This document shows positions 47,641 to 54,978 of a stretch of 54,978 nt of DNA, in pieces; the stretch's first letter is position 1; the number at the start of each line of letters is the position of its first letter. Under the pieces are notes generated by a model. That model ran no database searches and was not told the origin of the DNA. It saw only the letters and a program-made list of their open reading frames with translations. Made by a program: the position numbers and the translations under genes. This DNA comes from a virus (taxonomy: Duplodnaviria; Caudoviricetes), in IMG/VR virus record IMGVR_UViG_3300044627_004059, positions 1-54,978 of that record; one strand, given 5' to 3'.

Positions 47641-48042
47641 ATGTTTGAACAAATTGTACATAGTATTAATTGCTATGGCAAAACAAAATTAGCTCCGTCG
47701 CTTGTATGTGACGGAGTTGGTGTTTTCGCAATAACAGAAATCGATTCCAATTATGTACTATTTGATGATGTTGAGCCGGATACCATCCATATTCCGTATG
47801 AAATGATTACAGATATATCAGTACGAAAACATTTAACATCTACATGTAATTCAGATGAATTTGGAATTTGGCTTTCTAGAACATATAATAATATTAATAT
47901 GTCTTACTATATAAATCATTCAGACACGCCTAACGTATATCACGATTTAAAACAAGATAAATATGTTACAATACGTAGTATATTGCCAGGCGAAGAATTA
48001 ACTTGTACTTATACTAAAGAGGAGATCGATTGGCTTACTTAA
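47641..48042 (+). CDS. SET-domain lysine methyltransferase
   Basis: S...GVGVFA, YINHSDTPN, I..GEELTCTY. Confidence 0.85.
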   Translation: MFEQIVHSINCYGKTKLAPSLVCDGVGVFAITEIDSNYVLFDDVEPDTIHIPYEMITDISVRKHLTSTCNSDEFGIWLSRTYNNINMSYYINHSDTPNVYHDLKQDKYVTIRSILPGEELTCTYTKEEIDWLT

Positions 48043-48668
48043 ACGCAAACATACCGACAATAACTTGTTACATACGAAACGAGTTTTTATTTAATCATGA
48101 AAAAGGCCATGGCGATTTTACTGCAGCCGATGTGCATTCAGTGGCTTCTATTCAGAAACGATCGCCATTGTTTGAAGCATTTCTAGAAAATGGGGTAAAT
48201 TGGACAAGACGTCCTATACATGCATTTGCTTGGAAGAAAGATGCTGAACGATTACCATTAACAGAACATGTATATTGGGATTGTTTTTCATCATATATTG
48301 ATGTACAAGTTCGAGAAAGAATGGCAGGATTACGGGCTGATTTAATTTCTATAACAGGAGTTAAACGACAAGGAGTATACATGTTTACATTGGATTGGTC
48401 ACATGAAAATCGAAATGTACTGGATACTAATTTTTCAGAAACACCAGAACATAAGTGTGGACATGTATTCAAAATGGATAATGGTAATTATTTTATTTAT
48501 CCTAACAATCGTATTATATGGATGGATAATGCATGGACATATAATAGAATAGAAAAAAATCCAGGTTATCAAATTGATATGACAGTTTATTCGGTTGAAG
48601 GTAAAGCTGGATATGAAACGGATTATTCATATATGACTGAGTTTAACAAAGATAAATCTACTAAGTAA
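48030..48668 (+). CDS. Hypothetical phage protein (TTG start)
   Basis: 212-aa ORF after AGGAG; EHKCGH and PNNR motifs; function unknown. Confidence 0.6.
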   Translation: MAYLNANIPTITCYIRNEFLFNHEKGHGDFTAADVHSVASIQKRSPLFEAFLENGVNWTRRPIHAFAWKKDAERLPLTEHVYWDCFSSYIDVQVRERMAGLRADLISITGVKRQGVYMFTLDWSHENRNVLDTNFSETPEHKCGHVFKMDNGNYFIYPNNRIIWMDNAWTYNRIEKNPGYQIDMTVYSVEGKAGYETDYSYMTEFNKDKSTK

Positions 48669-48679
48669 TATATATTAAT

Positions 48680-49009
48680 ATGAAACTAATAAATTTACTA
48701 TTCGAATCCAAACAAACTAACAATAAGTTTGAGGAATTTGCAGAGACTCGAGGAAAGGGTGCTGCCAAGATAGCTGCGACTGCTGAAGAAAAAGGCGGGT
48801 TAGCATTATTAACATGGCATCACTTTAAAGTAAAAGCTCCATACTATAAACGAGCTACCGCCGGTAAATTTGATATTGATTCTGCAAAAAAAGAATTTGA
48901 TGAAACACTTAAAAAGATTTCATTGGATATGACTGCAATTGAATTTCAACGAGAAGTAGGACGTTTAGAAGTTTTAGGCGAATTGATTATACGAGAACAG
49001 TCTAAGTAG
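48680..49009 (+). CDS. Hypothetical protein with an MKLxxLLxE N-terminus
   Basis: 109-aa ORF. Confidence 0.6.
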   Translation: MKLINLLFESKQTNNKFEEFAETRGKGAAKIAATAEEKGGLALLTWHHFKVKAPYYKRATAGKFDIDSAKKEFDETLKKISLDMTAIEFQREVGRLEVLGELIIREQSK

Positions 49010-49016
49010 GAACGGT

Positions 49017-49904
49017 ATGATACGGTTAAAGTCGTTGTTGAATGAAGATGTCGATTGGTACATAAGAGAAGATGGAGATTGGAATTATTCTAAAATCGAA
49101 TCAAGTAAAAGTGCACGGGATATTGCGCAATTGCTTAGACGTTCCAGAGGCATATTCAACGATGACGAAGCTGTAGCAGAGGCTGCATTTATTGCAATGA
49201 CTAAATCTAATATTTATGATGCAGTAAAAAAGTCATTAAGCCGAGATCCATATGGATATGTTTCATCTTTTATATCAACTGGTAACATGTATCACAAACA
49301 ATCAATTGATACTTCCTATAGAAAAATTCTAGCCAACAAAAAGAAAGCTAGTACTACAGCTGCCGCAACTACTACACCCGCTCCATCCGGTAATCCCATG
49401 ACTCAAAGTTTTAAAAATTTAATTAAAAGTTGGGAAAATAGCAAATCATATAAACCGGGAGGATGGAATCCAAAAAAAGAAAAATGGTATCCACATAAAA
49501 GTCCCGAAGGTGGAACTCCTACTATTGCATATGGACACAAATTAACAGAACAAGATGTACTCACCGGTAAATTTAAAAACGGATTAACTGACAGTGAAGC
49601 ATTGAGATTGTTTGATTCGGATCTATTAACAGCACAAAACAAAGCAATGAAGTTAATTCCAAAATTTGCAAAACTTCCAACAGCAACAAAACAAGCATTG
49701 ATTAATTCATGTTATCGAGGCGAGATGTCTAACGAAAAAATGCCGAAAACATTGAAATTGATGCGCGATGGGAAATGGAAAGAAGCTGCAGCTGAATATT
49801 TAGATAATGAAGAGTATCGCGAAGCTGGTGCTAACGTTCGTGGCAGAATGGAATGGAATGCACGTCAATTTGCGGCAACTAGTAAATTTGGATTCGTTTC
49901 ATAA
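49017..49904 (+). CDS. Lysozyme-like (GH24-type) protein with N-terminal extension
   Basis: LIKSWE...TIAYGH...A..L...D...ALIN..Y...W.EAA.EYL...R. Confidence 0.78.
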   Translation: MIRLKSLLNEDVDWYIREDGDWNYSKIESSKSARDIAQLLRRSRGIFNDDEAVAEAAFIAMTKSNIYDAVKKSLSRDPYGYVSSFISTGNMYHKQSIDTSYRKILANKKKASTTAAATTTPAPSGNPMTQSFKNLIKSWENSKSYKPGGWNPKKEKWYPHKSPEGGTPTIAYGHKLTEQDVLTGKFKNGLTDSEALRLFDSDLLTAQNKAMKLIPKFAKLPTATKQALINSCYRGEMSNEKMPKTLKLMRDGKWKEAAAEYLDNEEYREAGANVRGRMEWNARQFAATSKFGFVS

Positions 49905-49916
49905 AATACTTATTAT
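49888..49916 (+). promoter_or_regulatory. Class 1 promoter-like motif (TTG-N20-TATTAT)
   Basis: Recurrent motif; ATG lies 5 nt downstream. Confidence 0.58.
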
Positions 49917-49921
49917 AAGTT

Positions 49922-50122
49922 ATGGAAACAGAAAATTTTATTAACAAGCTATTGATATCATCTATCAATCACATGAAAACCAATTCTTGGGAATGGCCCG
50001 AACATTGGGACATGTCTCGCAAATTGCGTTTTCTAGATCAATGTTTGAAATATGCTGAACAAAATGAGTTTTATGAACAATGCGCAATTATCCGGGATGT
50101 CCAAAAAACAATCAACATCTAA
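49922..50122 (+). CDS. Small hypothetical protein (UVR-like helical motif)
   Basis: EQNEFYEQCAIIRD. Confidence 0.55.
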   Translation: METENFINKLLISSINHMKTNSWEWPEHWDMSRKLRFLDQCLKYAEQNEFYEQCAIIRDVQKTINI

Positions 50123-50369
50123 ACGAGGTCAATGGCAAATAATATTGCATGACGATGATCGTAATACATTTGATCATGTAATCGATTGTTTAGTTGAAGT
50201 TTGCGGCCATAATTATTATCAGGCAGTTCAATGTGCTACAATCACTCACAACAACAATCAATGTTCTATATTTGTAGATGATTGGTATACTTGTGAAGAT
50301 GTCGGTGATATGCTGCAACGAAATGGCTTAACGATATCAGTTACAAAATTTAAAAACAAAAAACGATGA
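50097..50369 (+). CDS. clpS: ATP-dependent Clp protease adaptor ClpS
   Basis: IILHDDDRNTFDHVIDCL..C.H...QA.QCA...H. Start moved to ATG 50097. Confidence 0.82.
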   Translation: MSKKQSTSKRGQWQIILHDDDRNTFDHVIDCLVEVCGHNYYQAVQCATITHNNNQCSIFVDDWYTCEDVGDMLQRNGLTISVTKFKNKKR

Positions 50370-50542
50370 ATTGGTTTCGTAAGATTAGAATCGGAATGCT
50401 TCATGCAACGTACCACAGAAACATGAAACGTGCTGAAGGTGCAAGACAACAGCAAGATGTCTTGCGTTTTAAAAAATACATTTACCGGGCCGAAGATGCT
50501 TGGAAACGATTGGTTATATTAACAGAAAAAATAAAAAAATAA
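50366..50542 (+). CDS. Small basic hypothetical protein (58 aa, not in the ORF track)
   Basis: MNWFRKIRIGMLHATYHRNMKRAE...KIKK; ATGA overlap upstream and TAATG overlap downstream. Confidence 0.6.
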   Translation: MNWFRKIRIGMLHATYHRNMKRAEGARQQQDVLRFKKYIYRAEDAWKRLVILTEKIKK

Positions 50543-50928
50543 TGGGAAAAAAATCAGCATATTCTGGCGAGTCAGCCAAAGATAGATCCATCAACGCGAT
50601 GGATAAATTTATTTCAAAAAATGCTGCTAAAAAGGCACATGAACAAATGTTACCGGGACGAAGAAAAGATCCTAACATTGCAATGGAATTGTGGCCTTTG
50701 AAAGACCAACTTGAATATTGGGAAAACAGAACCGATGCAGATCGTTTTGATGAAATGTATTCAGCCTATTCTACGTGGTATGCTGAAGTAAAACAACGAA
50801 GCGGAGTATATCATGCAACCTTTTTAGACTTTACAAGCAAGTTAAAAACCGAAATGAAAACGATGTGGGAGACTAAAACAACTCCTAAAGATGCGGTATT
50901 AATGTTGAGAAAACACGGAGTATATTAA
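50542..50928 (+). CDS. Hypothetical protein
   Basis: Start moved to ATG 50542 (TAATG coupling). Confidence 0.55.
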   Translation: MGKKSAYSGESAKDRSINAMDKFISKNAAKKAHEQMLPGRRKDPNIAMELWPLKDQLEYWENRTDADRFDEMYSAYSTWYAEVKQRSGVYHATFLDFTSKLKTEMKTMWETKTTPKDAVLMLRKHGVY

Positions 50929-51479
50929 TGAGCCAACAGTATAAATACGTTTATGGACGAGGTCGATCTGCTTTTGATTTACCGGAATCTGATATTCGTT
51001 ATGCTATGGCTAATACTAAATCAAATGCAGAAGCGGCTAGGTTTTTAAAGATATCATTTACTACCTACAAGAAATATGCTAAGATGTACGTTGATTCGGA
51101 AACGGGACGTACGCTGTATGATTTGCATACCAATCAAGCCGGTGTTGGAATAACAAAGGATGTATGCAAAGCATCGTCAGGCCCTTATTCTATAGACCAA
51201 ATACTTCAAGGAAAATATCCAAACTATCCTACATGGAAACTGCGTAATCGATTATTAGCATTAAACATTTTTCCGGAAGCGTGTGCTTGTTGCGGATATG
51301 CAGAACGCCGAGTAACTGATGATACAGTTCCTTTGTTATTGGATCATATAGATGGAGATGATACTAATCATCGCGTAGAAAATTTGCAAATGCTTTGCTT
51401 GAATTGTTACTATCAACAAGTAGCAAATCCATTTAAACGAGACAAAGAATTGTTTTGGAATTATAATATGTTGGGTTGA
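50928..51479 (+). CDS. HTH plus HNH endonuclease-like protein
   Basis: SNAEAARFLKISFTTYKKY helix-turn-helix; CACCG...DHIDGD.TN...NL..LCLNC. Confidence 0.75.
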   Translation: MSQQYKYVYGRGRSAFDLPESDIRYAMANTKSNAEAARFLKISFTTYKKYAKMYVDSETGRTLYDLHTNQAGVGITKDVCKASSGPYSIDQILQGKYPNYPTWKLRNRLLALNIFPEACACCGYAERRVTDDTVPLLLDHIDGDDTNHRVENLQMLCLNCYYQQVANPFKRDKELFWNYNMLG

Positions 51480-51490
51480 TATTTATTAAT

Positions 51491-52240
51491 ATGATATCAA
51501 TGAAAACTCTTATAATTGAAGGACGTTACGATAGCATAGTGTCGGATTTATCTAACCGATTACTAAGAATCGTAAAAGACAGTTACAGTGCCGTTAATCA
51601 ACGCAATGGAGAGTTTTCCGGACAAAAGATATATTTTAAACGAGGTGAATCTGTACCTAGCATAGATGACGATACAGCATTTCCTCACGTTTATTTTGAA
51701 GAAGTAGAAAACGCTACAATACCATTAGAATTCTATTTGCAATTCAAAATACAATGGATACAAGGATTTGATGATTATCGTGTCGGTGGAGATGCATACA
51801 ACGAAACCAAACGAACTTCGGATGATATGCCTTTGATAGAAATACGATTGGAAATGGATCCGGCAGATTATCCTAAAATACTAAGCACGGTTGCAATGGA
51901 TCTGCGTGACACTTTGCGTCATGAAATAGAACACACAACGCAATCCGGATGGAATACAATTGATAGCAAATACATTCCATCAGATCAAGCACTACGTAAA
52001 AAGATTCAATCAGGCCAATTGCCACCATCGCGATACTTTACATTGCCAAAAGAAACGCCGGCAATGATTCAAGGTTTATACACCAAAGCCAAAAAAAGCA
52101 AACGTCCATTCGCACAAGTAGTGAATGACTATTTGAACTTGTGGGTTAGCAACGGAACTATTACGGAAACGGAAAAACAAAACATACTTAAAACTTGGAA
52201 GACATATCTTCCTAAAATGGGAATACGTCAGGAGTTGTAA
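51491..52240 (+). CDS. Putative zinc metallopeptidase-like protein
   Basis: LRHEIEH (HExxH) with a downstream E in PKETPA. Confidence 0.55.
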   Translation: MISMKTLIIEGRYDSIVSDLSNRLLRIVKDSYSAVNQRNGEFSGQKIYFKRGESVPSIDDDTAFPHVYFEEVENATIPLEFYLQFKIQWIQGFDDYRVGGDAYNETKRTSDDMPLIEIRLEMDPADYPKILSTVAMDLRDTLRHEIEHTTQSGWNTIDSKYIPSDQALRKKIQSGQLPPSRYFTLPKETPAMIQGLYTKAKKSKRPFAQVVNDYLNLWVSNGTITETEKQNILKTWKTYLPKMGIRQEL

Positions 52241-52962
52241 TGACATTAGATGAATTTTTTAAAAACGAAGATTTACGACGTTGGGTCAAAGAAAAATGGG
52301 TTGACCAACATGGCAGACCTTGTGGCAATGACAAAACCAAAGGCGTAAAAAAATGTCGTCCTAGTCGCAAAGTTTCTAAGGATACTCCTAAAACATGGAG
52401 TTCATTTGATAAAAAAGAAAAAGATGCTCTCGTACGGCAAAAGCGTCGTGTTGGAATGGGTAAACGAACTCCGAAGGCTGAGGAAGTGTCATTAGAAGAA
52501 AAGAAAAAAGCAAAACGAGATGCGTGTTATCACAAAGTAAAGGCTCGTTACGATGTTTGGCCATCTGCATATGGATCATTAGCTTTATCAAAATGTCGTA
52601 ATGTCGGAGCAAAAAATTGGGGAAATAAAACAAAGGAATCTATGGAAGAAATGTCAATATGCAATGGATGTGCAATTGCAATGTTAGAAGATATTAAAGC
52701 TGGTAAATTTGATGTAATCTCAGAGGCTAAGTATCAAGGACGTACCGTTAAATTAGGTAAACCAATGCAAGGTGATGTTAAGAAGTTTAAAGTTTATGTT
52801 AAGAATGACAAAGGCAACGTTGTAAAGGTTAACTTTGGTGACCCTAATATGAGAATCCGTAAAAGCAATCCAGCACGTAGACGTTCATTTAGAGCCAGAC
52901 ACCGTTGTGATACTCCAGGACCAAGATGGAAAGCAAGATATTGGTCTTGTAGAAAATGGTAA
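52240..52962 (+). CDS. Basic multi-module hypothetical protein
   Basis: LRRWVKEKWVD..., DACYHKVKARYDVWPSAY... and EAKYQGRTVKL...RRSFRARHRC...ARYWSC modules. Confidence 0.65.
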   Translation: MTLDEFFKNEDLRRWVKEKWVDQHGRPCGNDKTKGVKKCRPSRKVSKDTPKTWSSFDKKEKDALVRQKRRVGMGKRTPKAEEVSLEEKKKAKRDACYHKVKARYDVWPSAYGSLALSKCRNVGAKNWGNKTKESMEEMSICNGCAIAMLEDIKAGKFDVISEAKYQGRTVKLGKPMQGDVKKFKVYVKNDKGNVVKVNFGDPNMRIRKSNPARRRSFRARHRCDTPGPRWKARYWSCRKW

Positions 52963-52963
52963 T

Positions 52964-52992
52964 TTGGAATTTAAATTGTTTATTATTATAAT
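52964..52992 (+). promoter_or_regulatory. Class 1 promoter-like motif (TTG-N20-TATAAT)
   Basis: Recurrent motif; ATG lies 5 nt downstream. Confidence 0.6.
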
Positions 52993-52997
52993 AGGAT

Positions 52998-53180
52998 ATG
53001 GATATGGCAGATCAAATTGAAGAAATAATGATGGAAGCGTACGCGTACGGAATCCATAATGAAGTATTAGATACGGTAACTCAACTACAGCATCAATTCC
53101 TACATGATCGAGTTGCATTGTATGAAACTGCATTTCAACAAACTATGTCACGTTATGAACAACCAAACTCTGAAAATTAA
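52998..53180 (+). CDS. Small hypothetical protein
   Basis: 60 aa, directly after a promoter motif. Confidence 0.5.
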   Translation: MDMADQIEEIMMEAYAYGIHNEVLDTVTQLQHQFLHDRVALYETAFQQTMSRYEQPNSEN

Positions 53181-53307
53181 TTTAGCGGCTTCAAGAGAGT
53201 CACAACGACAACAAGGTTACTTCGATGGCCGGTTTGTTCCGAGAGTCGAACAATCTAAAAAAACATACACCCGCAAACACAAACACAAAAAACATGCACA
53301 TGAATAA
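53155..53307 (+). CDS. Small basic protein, possibly ArfA-like
   Basis: 50 aa from ATG 53155; F..RVE..KK.Y.RK.KH. Confidence 0.45.
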   Translation: MNNQTLKINLAASRESQRQQGYFDGRFVPRVEQSKKTYTRKHKHKKHAHE

Positions 53308-54364
53308 GATATTACTAGTATTTCTATTTTTAACTGGATTTGCAAATGCACAAACAGTTATTCGTTATGATTACATGGAAACATGGAATTGGGCAGGGCT
53401 ATGGTGGACTCCAGCAGCTACAGCCAATTGGTTTACTAATGCATCAGTTACTCCAACTGAAAGTGCTGTGTTGTATGGAATTGGCTCTGGTACTAGTGCT
53501 ATAGAACAAGATTGGTATTCATTACCCAATGTCACCGGATTGGATGCTACAAAACAATATCAATTTAAATTTAGATTAGCTTCATATACATTTTCAAATC
53601 CAACAGCTACGACCCGTGGAGCTGATGTAGCTGACTATGTTTCCGTGCAAGTATCTACCAATGGCGGCGTATCTTACGTTAACGAAATGAGAATAACGGG
53701 AAACAGCAACGCAACATGGCCATACACTGCAACGGGTACTATTACGCATACAGCAAATGGAACATTTACAAATTCAGCAGCACCCGTTGGCGATGTGTAT
53801 CAAGCACCAAGCGGCGCATCCACTACCGGACCATCAACCATTACACTCAATTTACCTGCCGGCATTACGCAGGTTGCAGTTGATTTGTATTGCAGAGCCA
53901 ATTCGGCAGGAGAAGAATGGTGGATTGACAACGTAGAACTAATTGAAGTTATTGCATTGCCGGTTGAGATGATATCATATGAAGCACGAAGCACCAGCTT
54001 AGGCAATTTGTTAATTTGGAAAACTGCTTCCGAACACAACACATCTCATTACGAAATACAAAGAATGCAAGATGGTGACTTTAAAACCATATCGCAAATA
54101 CCTGCGGCAGGTAATAGTACTGAACTTCTTACATATACATTTGTAGACAATGAATTTGATTCGCAAATCAATTACTATCAAATTGTGCAATACGATAATG
54201 ATGGATACTTTGAAATCTATGGACCAATATCAGTTGACAATAGCAAACAACGAGTAGTTGTAAAAGTCGTAAACATGTTAGGACAAACTATCGATCCGCA
54301 ATTTGAATCTGGAGCATACATTGAAATTTATGACGACGGTACCATGAAAAAAGTTATCAAATAA
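53300..54364 (+). CDS. Secreted beta-rich protein with a Bacteroidota T9SS-type C-terminal region
   Basis: Signal peptide MNKILLVFLFLTGFANA|Q; LPVE...W.TASE.N...Y.IQR...YY...Q.D.DG; VVK..NMLGQ...G......DG..KK.IK. Confidence 0.72.
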   Translation: MNKILLVFLFLTGFANAQTVIRYDYMETWNWAGLWWTPAATANWFTNASVTPTESAVLYGIGSGTSAIEQDWYSLPNVTGLDATKQYQFKFRLASYTFSNPTATTRGADVADYVSVQVSTNGGVSYVNEMRITGNSNATWPYTATGTITHTANGTFTNSAAPVGDVYQAPSGASTTGPSTITLNLPAGITQVAVDLYCRANSAGEEWWIDNVELIEVIALPVEMISYEARSTSLGNLLIWKTASEHNTSHYEIQRMQDGDFKTISQIPAAGNSTELLTYTFVDNEFDSQINYYQIVQYDNDGYFEIYGPISVDNSKQRVVVKVVNMLGQTIDPQFESGAYIEIYDDGTMKKVIK

Positions 54365-54365
54365 T

Positions 54366-54394
54366 TTGGTTTCGAACAAATAATTCATTATATT
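54366..54394 (+). promoter_or_regulatory. Class 1 promoter-like motif (TTG-N20-TATATT) upstream of the AAA ATPase
   Basis: Recurrent motif. Confidence 0.6.
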
Positions 54395-54414
54395 TATAGT
54401 ATAAAAAATGAGTT

Positions 54415-54978
54415 ATGAAAAGAAAGATTTTTGGTATTGTTAGAGATAACAAGGTATTTGAAGTGGGAACAGGCAGAGACATTTCAGCAATGTTCCGAGA
54501 TGTTATGATTAAAGCCGCAGTTGAAAACGGCAAAGCATTAGCATTCGATGAAGAAACAGGTCGTGCAAGACAAGTAGAATTGTCAGAAGTACCAACCGAA
54601 CCTATGCAACCTCAACAGAAAGCTGAACCCGTAGAAATGGATCCGGTGATGGCTCTTATTACCAATGCTGCTAACATTAAGCCCAATGATTTAGAAATGT
54701 CTGACATCAAATGGAAGTATCTTGTTAGGTCGGCAGTTCGAGGCAAGAACATCATGATGGTTGGTCCTGCAGGATGTGGTAAGACACAAGCAGCAAAGGC
54801 ACTTCCCGTTGCAACGGATCGTCCATTCTTTTATTTTAACTTGGGTGCGACTCAAGATCCTAGAGCCACTCTTATTGGTAATACGCATTTCAAATCCGGA
54901 GAGACTACCTTTGATGAATCTTCATTTGTTAAAGCAATTCAAACGGAGAATGCAGTTATTCTTCTAGATGAATTGTCC
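54415..54978 (+). CDS. MoxR/CbbQ-type AAA+ ATPase (3'-truncated by the window edge; not in the ORF track)
   Basis: Open frame from ATG 54415 to the end of the window; Walker A GPAGCGKT, LIGN, Walker B VILLDELS. Confidence 0.85.
   Translation, partial: MKRKIFGIVRDNKVFEVGTGRDISAMFRDVMIKAAVENGKALAFDEETGRARQVELSEVPTEPMQPQQKAEPVEMDPVMALITNAANIKPNDLEMSDIKWKYLVRSAVRGKNIMMVGPAGCGKTQAAKALPVATDRPFFYFNLGATQDPRATLIGNTHFKSGETTFDESSFVKAIQTENAVILLDELS

Noticed and set aside
50928-51479. HNH gene as an intron-borne homing element
   Set aside because: It is free-standing, coupled to the upstream ORF, and interrupts no gene. The last His position reads Tyr (CLNCY), so it may not be an active nuclease.
1622-54888. 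Minus-strand and nested alternative-frame ORFs in the supplied track (for example 1622-1948, 8764-9060, 29098-29442, 48152-48472)
   Set aside because: They lie within or across well-supported + strand genes, have no recognisable motifs and break the uniform strand organisation; they are treated as shadow ORFs.
1-54978. Stop-codon reassignment as seen in some large phages
   Set aside because: Conserved genes are full length in the standard code, and TAA, TGA and TAG (for example 34700 and 49009) all end genes at sensible positions.

Overview
This window is a gene-dense, AT-rich segment of a large dsDNA bacteriophage with T4-like replication genes. Essentially all genes are on the + strand and read in the standard code. 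A Bacteroidota host is suggested by a T9SS-type secreted protein and a LETM1-like domain (inference). The layout has five blocks. (1) 1-8.8 kb is a replication and recombination core: family-A polymerase C-terminus, gp32-like SSB, RecA, 5'-3' exonuclease, DnaB-like helicase and class II RNR. (2) 9-24.9 kb is a 7-deazaguanine DNA-modification pathway (FolE, QueD, QueE, a DpdL-like T-fold protein with LxxxHRHxF, and a TGT-fold DpdA; no QueC, QueF or ArcS in the window). It is interleaved with family-B polymerase, sliding clamp, clamp loader and dUTPase, and carries extra enzymes: two oxidoreductases, a cytidylyltransferase and a glycosyltransferase. (3) 24.9-41.5 kb is a 19-gene glycosyltransferase / NDP-sugar tailoring island. 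(4) 41.5-47.2 kb is a lysis region with several holin-like genes, a YkuD-like endolysin and a PAS-PAS-transmembrane protein. (5) 44.9-55 kb holds modular, probably head-packaged proteins, plus SET, ClpS, HNH, a possible ArfA-like peptide and a truncated MoxR-type ATPase. The best candidate for an undescribed system is a replication-coupled, sugar- or polyol-decorated 7-deazaguanine hypermodification. The second best is a PAS-sensor membrane protein inside the lysis cassette. Two recurrent promoter-like motifs are visible, one implying leaderless mRNAs. No tRNA, rRNA or CRISPR array was recognised. All family calls come from motif recognition by eye, not database searches.
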